From Octopus vulgaris (Eukaryota): 64,000 bases of DNA. Position 1 is the first letter of the stretch. Every line of letters begins with the position of its first letter. The stretch covers positions 125,984,001 through 126,048,000 of the forward strand of contig OX597816.1 of NCBI GenBank assembly GCA_951406725.2, written 5' to 3'. Below the pieces are notes generated by a model, which made no database searches, was not told the DNA's origin, and saw only the letters and a list, made by a program, of their open reading frames with translations. Positions 55,490 through 64,000 of the stretch are shown in pieces. The position numbers were made by a program, and so were the translations under genes.

Positions 55490-55825
55490 CATTCTAAGAG
55501 CTTCGGCTTCTTCTTCCTCAGGCATCTCCGGAACACCTTTTAATGTATCTTCATTTTGATTGTTGTCAGCTTCTTCTTCAGCATGAAGAGGTAGGTCACC
55601 ACCCTGTGATGCTAAATACATACTGTTGCGGGATCTATACATCATGGGCTGCTGTGTCATATCATAGCATTCTGTAGGCTGACCACTAACATCTAAAAAC
55701 CCCTGGGATTTATTCCATGAATTAGCACAAATCAAAGCAAAGAAGAATGATATCATAGTAGAAATGCCTACTGTTAGGAAAACCCATTTTAGACCAGGCA
55801 CATGTCCATTCAGTGGTCTTTGATA
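55490..55825 (-). CDS. Segment A transmembrane exon (YQRPLNGHVPGLK-WVFLTVGISTMISFFFALICA-NSWNK...EEEEAEALRM)
   Basis: ttctcttctctttttttcag|TAT..ATG|gtaagc, 336 nt, phase 0-0; 21-residue hydrophobic helix. Confidence 0.93.
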
Positions 55826-56721
55826 CTGAAAAAAAGAGAAGAGAAGGAATATATATATATGAAACTACATAAATGAAAAAAAGAAATAGTCAAACATTTT
55901 AAAACTAACTATCAACAAAACTTTCCAGGGCCTTACTTACTGGTAAAATAGAAGAATAAAAGTAACTCAAAATAGAGACCTGGTTCAAGTGCTTAAAATA
56001 TAGTGGACTCTTCTAAAATCATTCAAGGACCAGATTCTGATATTAATTCAAGTAACAGATTAAGTTTACCACCCAAGAATGCTATAGCAGGATTCAATCT
56101 CACAATGCAAATAACTGGAATAAATTCTGATACTCTAACAATTCCACCTAGGTAGGTACTTTATAGACCACAGGAAAATAAAAAGCAAAACTGACTTTGG
56201 CAAAATTCAAAACCAGAACATAAAAAGCCACAATAAATACCACAACTGATGTGCCAACAACTCTATCAATTCATTGCCTAGTCATTATTTACCAATATAC
56301 TATAACCAACAACCTACCAATAAACACTGATCTCCCATCTCTTTTACTGCTGCTCCCACCTTTGTTCTCCTGCATTAGCAATATATATTTACTATCATCA
56401 ACTAAACCCTCACTGTATTTCATTTTCCCTACTATGACTCGTATTTACTACTAAACCTTACATTATGCAATTCACTATGAACCCTCTAGCACTTTCTTTC
56501 TATGCATATTCACCTCCAAAACATTGAGACAAGGCCATTCTATTTTAACAGCAACCACACATACAAAGTTGGTTGCAAAGATTTCAAAGATTAAGTATCT
56601 TGCAGTATATTGCACATTGTCAAGCATCAATTTAATGTTAATTTTCATTTTCCTCTATGAAATTAGAAAAAGAAAATAAGATAATTTATGAAGTACTATT
56701 CTATATTTTTGAGATGAGAAA

Positions 56722-56961
56722 TTATGTACATTATTCACAATGGACAGATAGATGTCCTCACCTTGTCTGTTGTTATCATGTTTCAGTTGATGAACGCTCC
56801 AGCCTTCATCAGGTGTTCTGGAGGAATTTCGAACCCAACCCTTTATTTAACTAACTGGGTACACTGTTCTCATTCCTAAAGTATGTTGCTAATGTCATTT
56901 TTCTGTTGATATTATTTTTCAAGTCCCTGCCTGGGATTGAACTTAGAATCTGAGGGTTAGT
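56722..56961 (-). mobile_element. Head-truncated tRNA-derived SINE-like element with a hammerhead-like tail (copy 1)
   Basis: Minus strand: B-box GTTCAATCCC; tail ACAC-CTGATGA-AGGCTG..CAACT-GAAAC; inverted relative to 57207-57512. Confidence 0.8.
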
Positions 56962-57190
56962 TTAACCCAATTCACTTTCTGCACATTGCACACAGTCACT
57001 TCTCTGCTTTTCCCACTCACCATATGGGTTACCACTTGTCATCACCTTTGTCTTTCCAATATTCTCCTATCTTTTGCTTCCATGCATTCCTTCCACTGAA
57101 TCATCATCTCCTACAAACCAATCAAACTCTATAGTATTAACACTAGCTCACCTGTGTACAGCAACTACTACAATGGGTCATTCTATACAC
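56959..57190. repeat. Direct copy of 58316-58577 (piece of the neighbouring RTE relic)
   Basis: agtttaacccaat-cactttctgcacattgca ... tcattctatacac is shared at roughly 90% identity by eye. Confidence 0.9.
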
Positions 57191-57206
57191 ACTCTTATCC
57201 ACTATA

Positions 57207-57512
57207 TAGCATAGTGGAGAAAAGCATGGGCTACTAACCCTCAGATTTCAAGTCCCAGGCAGGGACTCATATTAACCCTCAGATTTCAAGTGCCAGGCTG
57301 GGACTTGAAAAATAATATCAACAGAAAAAGAACATCAGCAATATATTTTTGGAATGAGAACAGTGTACCCCATTAGTCAAATAATGGGTTGGGTATGAAA
57401 TTTCAACAGAACACCTGATGAAAGCTGGAGAGTACATCAGCCAAACTGTTGTGATAATAACAAACAAGGTGAGGACACCTATCTGTCCATTGTAAATAAT
57501 TTATGATGTGTA
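57207..57512 (+). mobile_element. tRNA-derived SINE-like element with a hammerhead-like tail (copy 2)
   Basis: A-box TAGCATAGTGG, anticodon-arm-like gggctactaaccc, duplicated T-arm region, tail ACAC-CTGATGA-AAGCTG..CAGCC-AAAC-TGTTGTG. Confidence 0.8.
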
Positions 57513-57599
57513 CATATATATATATATACACAATAATGAAATAAAAATATTTGGTAATGAAGTTATGCATTTAGTCTTTTTTGTTACTAATTACAACAA

Positions 57600-59510
57600 A
57601 AGTGTTTTAAAACCATTTTCCTCGTGAACTGCGAAGTTAGCTTTGTGGGCCCCAATGAGAATCTTTGGTTAGTTCTATCCTCTACAGTCCTACCATACCA
57701 ATCCTCTTCTCTTCATATCCTCTTCCATCAAATTTAACTGTCTTCCTCAATCTTCTCCATCTGCTTCCTTCCTTGTTCCTTTTCATCAATTATCTTACCC
57801 AGTCATTTTCATCCTTCCTCAGGACATGACCAAAATGTTGTATATTTCTTGATACACTATCTATCTCTGGCTCTATTCCCATCATTATCCTAAATTTGTT
57901 GTTTGTCCTGCTCTTTCTTAGGGACACTCCAAACCATTCTCATTTCCATTCTTTCCGATCTTTTCTGTAGCTCCTCATCCATTATCTAATGTCTCACTAC
58001 CATAAATGCAAGCACATCTCACATTTGCAGTATATTCCATCACTCATTAGCATACCACCCAATTCCGGGAGCTTCTTTCCTGCACATCTCACTGTAACCA
58101 CTGGCAGTGATTCCAATCCACTTCCTTTTTTCATCTTGTTTCTTATGTAACAAAATGATTTCATAATTTCCTTTCATCTCTATTTCTTTTGCAAGAACCA
58201 CTTCAGCAATTCTCTCTATATTCTCCTTACACTTAAATTTAGATAGAACTTTAATATCCCTCTCACACAACTACATTTTTGATGAACCTACCCAATGCAT
58301 ATTGTACATTTAATGGAGTTTAACCCAATACACTTTCTGCACATTGCATACAGTCACTTCTCTGCTTTTCCCACACACCATTTGTCATCACCTTTGTCAG
58401 TGGTGATGACAAAGGTGATACCACTTGTCATCACTTTTGTCTTTCCAATATTCTCCTTTCTACCTTTTGCTTCCATGCATTCCTTCCACTGAATCATCTA
58501 CAAACCAATCAAACTCTATAGTATTAACCCTAGCCCACCTCTGTACAGCAACTACTGTAATGGATCATTCTATACACCTTAAACTTCCATCTAAAATCTA
58601 CAAATAGTAGTGGGCTAATATTGACCCATGAGACACTAAAACTTTCACTTCAATATCATCTCTATTCCTGTCTTTTCTTCTCACAACTGTACTCATTCTC
58701 TCATACCCCAACATCAATATTTTAATCAATCATTCTGCTATTCCTAACTTCCTCTCTTAATGTCCAAGTCATCACTTCATGAGGGAACTTATTGGAAGGT
58801 TTTTCCAAATCAAAAAAATGCACAAGAAACAACTTCCTCCTCCAGTCTCTGTACTTTTTCTAGTAAGTACCATGCCAGAAAAAAAAATTGCATTGGTCAT
58901 CCTTCTCTCTGGTATAAATCCAAATAGCATTTAATTTACCTTCACTTTCTTCCTCATCTCCTTTTCTAACACCCTGTTACCTTCATCCCTTGCTTCAATA
59001 ACTTTATTGCACTTTATGAGTAATAGTCAAAGGGATTACCTTTCTCCTTGTACAGAAGCACAAGAAAAAACTCATAGTCTGCTGGGAAATGGTCTTTTTC
59101 CACCACTAATGGGCTGACCTTCATTATTTTCTTTACACCCCAACTTTCTGCTGCCTTTAACATATTTCATTCAACTGTCATTGGCTATCCTGCTTTTAAT
59201 CTCATTACTTTTCCCATTTTCTTAACATCTAAGTTTTCTCTGCCGATTCTAGAAGTAGATTGCTCTCCATGTTGCCTTCCCCTTCAACATCATATATCTT
59301 TTCTGCTTTTTCTTATTTTTATCAAGAACATCAACTTGTCCCACTTCATCCTTCAAGGAATTCACTCATGACATATTCCATTCAAGTCTCATTCTACCAC
59401 AACAAATTCTGTGCCTTTCATTTTTCTGTTAGTTTCTCTATTGCACACCAAAACTTATCCTTCTTTGCAACATTCCAGTCTGGTGAATACCCTCTACATT
59501 TACATAAAAG
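57600..59510 (-). mobile_element. Decayed RTE-clade LINE relic
   Basis: Minus strand LFGFIPERRMTNA (~58890-58928) and AFFDLE (~58805-58822); purine-rich coding strand; many stops. Confidence 0.75.
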
Positions 59511-60337
59511 ATGTTCTCATAAGAGAATAAATTTAATTAAATAGAATTTCTTGGCTTACATGAAGTATGCACCCACTTTAGTAAAATAAATAATATAACT
59601 TTCAAACAACTATAGTAAAAATATTATAATAATACTTGTAAAATTATTTTTCGAGCATGGTATAAATTTATTAAGTGCTTATTGAATTCAGCTATTTGAA
59701 TTAAATATATAACATTTCACAAATATATAAAAAGTTTTTCAAAATGAAGCAAAGTATAATGAAAAGTAGAAAAAGGTTGTTTTTTTCCTGTAACTAGATT
59801 TTTCCAATTGAATGTACTTATGAGTATGTGCATGTATGTATGTATTTTAGAGGTTATAATGAGGAAAATATATAATTTCAACAAGCATCATTTTTATTGA
59901 AACATATTTTTAATTATTTTTCCATTTATGTATTTATTGATGCATAATTTCAAATAAAACAGAATTTTGTGCTTGTAGTAAAATAATTCAAGTTGATTTG
60001 TATAATAAACTTCAGTATTTAAACTCAACAGTTTATACTATTAGTTTATTATCTGAAGATTTAACTCTGAAAATATGAATAAAAATAATTAAACAATGTC
60101 AAAAATTATATAGTTTGAATATAAGGTAATGAAATTTAGTAACTAATTATTTTGAAAAATGAAAAAGAAATGAAGCCAAGGATAACAAAAGTTTATTAGT
60201 CTATATATAAATGTCCTCTAACAACAATGGAACAGGAAATATGTATAGAAATCACATAAGCAAAGTAATGTGACATTAAATTCCCATTACAGAAATCATT
60301 TTAAGTTAAAAAAAAAAAAATTAGGAAAATGCCTCAC

Positions 60338-60466
60338 CAACTGAAGCAAAAGTCCCTCTTTATATTCAACAAGCTCAATATGGACAGAATAGGCATCTTC
60401 TACTGTAGGAGCAGTGATGTTGATGAGAACTTCAAATTCATTGCCTTCCTGAAAATGCACTGCTCC
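60338..60466 (-). CDS. Segment A juxtamembrane ectodomain exon (GAVHFQEGNEFEVLINITAPTVEDAYSVHIELVEYKEGLLLQL)
   Basis: tctctctttttcag|GGA..TTG|gtgagg, 129 nt, open only in phase 0; NIT sequon; alternating beta-strand pattern; joins the TM exon in frame. Confidence 0.88.
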
Positions 60467-61379
60467 CTGAAAAAGAGAGAGAGGGAGAGAGAAATTGAAA
60501 GAAACGGAATAGGAGCAAGATTTGAAAGAAGAGTTTCAAGCGGGAATAAGCATGTGTTACTATAAATGTAATATATCTACATACACATATCAATCAATAA
60601 TCAATATATTCAAAAGATATCATAGTTTGAAACGTTGAGAAAATTTTAGTTATAAGTGTTTAAGTAAATGAAATCTTTCAGCCCAGAATGTCATTTGACA
60701 GCGATTTTACAAATTGGAATATCTCAATAAGTATATTAATAAGCAGTATACAAAGTTTCAAACTGTTTAGTTTTAAAAAATTAATTAAAAAATCTGTGAG
60801 CCAAACTGAACAGATCCGAAAATTTTACATAACATATATTGTCTGCATCATGACTAGTTTGAATAAACTTCTCAGAATGCAGACATTTTTAAAATACATA
60901 AGCTGAGGTAAGAAAGCTAATTGTATAAAGTAGTTGCTATATTGGTTCACAAAATATAATTCAAATCTTATGTATATGCTTTATTTTTCTAAGTACAACA
61001 CTCCCTCAATACCTTACACAGCCTAAGAATCTGAAATCTATGAATTGATCATCTGGTACTGCAACTACTTACATATACATTTGTGTGTGTGTATGATAAA
61101 CAAAAATGCCATGCCTACAACTACAAGAAATACAAACACCACAACATACTGAGTTATAACAGTTTTGCCTGAAGGCCATAATGGTATAAAACTCCAGTCA
61201 TACAACAAATCCTCTTTCTTGTACCTCTCTCTATCTCTCTCTTCCTCTCCCTCCCTGGCCAGGTAACCATGTACCTCCTCTATAGCAAGACACCTGTTTC
61301 AGCCTGTTTCTCTGTCACACTCTAATCTTTCATCATCTGACACAAGATTCCCTCTTCCAATGACCCTGCCCCTCTCAAA

Positions 61380-61680
61380 ATTCTTTGTCTTACAAGTTAC
61401 TTGGTGACCCTGCTGGTGCTGGTGCCTCGTAAAAAGCATCCAGTCCTCACTGTAAAGTGGTTAGCATTTGGAAAGGCATCCAGCTGTAAAAATCATACCA
61501 AAATTGACCTTGATTGTGCTGGTACCATGTAAAAAGCACTGAACCCACTGTGGAGTGGTTGGTGTTAGGTACCCTGCCAAAGCAGATACAGTAGCTTGGA
61601 GTTATCTTCTACCTGGCTAGCTCCTGTGAACCAGCCTACTCACACATGCATGGAAGATGGACGTTAAACAATGATGATTG
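61380..61680 (+). mobile_element. SINE ((GAT)n-tailed family)
   Basis: gtaaagtggttagcatttggaaaggcatccagctgtaaaa ... gcatggaagatggacgttaaacaatgatgat. Confidence 0.8.
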
Positions 61681-62751
61681 AGATGATATATACACACAAA
61701 TTAAGATCAGTTTAAATTGATGAATCTATAAAGGCTTTTCCCACAAGCGCAAACTCTGAAGAAGATAGTATTTGTTAAGGTTGTATAGTTTTTTCAATCA
61801 ATCAACCAACTGAATAAATGGAATTATGAATGCACCTATAATGCATATCAGAAACAGCTATAAGATGCACAAATAAAGAAATATGAAAAGTCCATTATTT
61901 ATGCTTTTTCTTGTACATTACTATGAAAAATGCCATATTAACTGGAGAATGCAAGAATGGGTTTACAAAGTTGACTTGTGATGGACCTCGACTTCAGATC
62001 ATTCCTCAGGATTACCTATGGTTCTACACCAATTAGAAAACCTTTGATAACTTGGCGTATTTGTATTAACAGCAAGCTTGAGAAGTATTTTACCCAAATT
62101 TATAATCCCTTTTTAAAAACTCTTTAAATAGTGTCCCACAATTAACAACCTATCTCAGTGAAATTGGACAATTTCTATGACTGTTTGATGTCATAATTAA
62201 GTAATAAACATAAAATTGTCAGTTTTGTTTTCTAAATTTGCCTGATTTCATTGAAATAGTAAATTTTGGGACACCCTTTAATATATGTATATTGTATTCA
62301 TATCAATCCCCATTTCTAAGCATCTGCTACACTCTTTGCACACTCTTCCTAACTTACCTACCCACTCTTTCTATTCCTCTACATCTATTCTTTCTCTCTC
62401 ATAATCACCTTTGGGATGTACCCTCACTATCCCTCACCATTATGCTCCCTTCCAGCTTGGGAACCTCTGTATTTTCCTCTTCAGCAAGACACCTCTTCCT
62501 GTCCCTCTATCAAACATTCACCTCCATCAATACACAATTAAGATGTCTTGTCTAGTGAAAACTTGGGGACCCCACCAGTACACTCTGTACAATGGTTGAT
62601 GTTAGGAAGAGTATCTAGCTGTACAAACTATGTCAAAACAAATGCTGGATCTGGGCACAATCCTCAGACTCATCAGCTTTTGTTGGACCATCCAAACTAT
62701 GCAAGCATGGAAAAATGAATGCTGAATGAGGATTATATATATATATATATA

Positions 62752-62950
62752 GTTAATCCAGATATGAAAACACAAAGAGAAAACACAACAACGCGAGGAC
62801 ATGGAACAAGTATAGTGTCATTGGACGCTCAGGAAAGGAATGAAAGAAGGAGGATTTAAGGTTTTGAGCGGAGCGCTTCGTCAGAAACATAGAATAAGGA
62901 AAGGTCCAAGGAAGGGAAGAAGGAGAAAGAAAATTGCCAACGATACACAT
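62752..62950 (-). mobile_element. Microsatellite-flanked repeat with a degenerate hammerhead core (Penelope-like terminal repeat?)
   Basis: Minus strand TTT-CTGACGA-A-GCGC-TCC-GCTC-AAAAC-CTTAAA at 62854-62888; CpG-richer than flanks; lies between (TA)n and (CA)n. Confidence 0.55.
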
Positions 62951-64000
62951 GTGCTCACACACAGACACATGCACAAAGTACTAGTCACATACTAAAGTTG
63001 ATTATAATTACTCCAACTGATTAAATTCTCCTGACTCTTCCAACTGGACTTTGGCTAATGCTAGAAATTGTATATTTTAAAAAAAAAACATAGAATACCC
63101 ATTAACTATATGAACCATGATTTTTTAACAATTCTTGTAAAGATCAAATTCCAGCCTATATACTGTACATGTGTAAAAAGAAATTAATAATGGTATCTTT
63201 TGTAAACCTTTTCCAGGATTTTCTTTCACTTAATATCACACATACCTAAAGTATTTTTGACAGCCTACTGAGTACTTAACTGTGTGCACAAAGTCGTTCT
63301 CAACATGTACAAATGAAAATAAAGGAAATGCAAACTGAACAATAGAAAATAAATATTCAAGAAATGCATTCCATTATTATTTTCATGAGAAAATAAACTT
63401 CATGATCAATTGTGAATTGTTTGCACTTATTGAAGTTATTGCTTTATTTTAAACACACATACACTCAAACACACACACACTTTTCATATCTTCACAGGAA
63501 AAGATGGAAGTTTTGATTGATCTGTTTTGCAGTGTCTTCAGTTGCTTCAACAATACTTCAGTTATAGCTTACGCAATAGGAAGATCACTCTACTGAAATG
63601 TAGAAGATATTGAAGATATCAATCAGCCACATTACAATAAGAAAAGAAGTAATAATTCAGACATATATTTAATATTTAATCAAAACTTTTGTCTTCCATT
63701 ATTATATATATTTTCTTGTAAGATTCATTCTTCAATTGAAAGCAACCTGCAGCTTTTATTAGAAGATTTCCAATTAACAAAACTACAATTTTATAGGGAC
63801 AAAGAGCATATTGGAAAATATATTTCACTGAGAAATGCAGAAGTAAAATAAATTTCAAAGACATTACCCAGTAAAACTTAAATATATAAAAAAAATGAAA
63901 TATTTTCACAAATAAATTCTTATTTTAAAAAACCAGTTTGGGACTTGTTTTTAAATTTCTTTTGTTTTAAACATTGAAAATGAACTTTAACATAATATTT

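Noticed and set aside
57207-57270. tRNA gene
   Set aside because: No intact cloverleaf; continues into a repeat body, so it is a SINE head
9192-61763. Other isolated CTGANGA heptamers (e.g. 9192, 10584, 35625, 43546, 44494)
   Set aside because: No stem II plus GAAA arrangement follows them; expected by chance
63481-63592. Possible upstream exon of segment A (catttcag|TAG...; donors gtaagc and gtgtgt)
   Set aside because: Neither donor gives an open phase-0 join to exon 60466, so it cannot be supported as coding

Overview
AT-rich eukaryotic genomic DNA. The (TA)n/(CA)n load and the SINE/LINE families suggest an octopus (coleoid cephalopod); this is an inference. Most of the window is intron of a minus-strand locus whose exons I reconstructed by hand from GT-AG boundaries and phase. 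Segment A (60466->33261) encodes a beta-rich ectodomain end, one TM helix, a tandemly duplicated acidic cytoplasmic module, an ITIM-like SEYATL motif and a long Ser/Pro-rich tail. Segment B (28978->23914 and probably further) encodes a signal-peptide-like hydrophobic stretch, EGF, calcium-binding EGF and two TNFR-like Cys modules. The stop codon of A overlaps a consensus splice donor that is in frame with B, so A and B may be two genes or one switchable gene. The introns hold a mariner relic, a TTAA-flanked deleted piggyBac, a Tigger element, a young 5'-truncated CR1-like LINE with an open ~800-codon RT frame, Tx1 and RTE relics, and many SINEs. Two of those SINEs have tRNA-like heads and hammerhead-ribozyme-like tails. 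Several template-switch scars are also visible. All calls are by eye; no searches were run.
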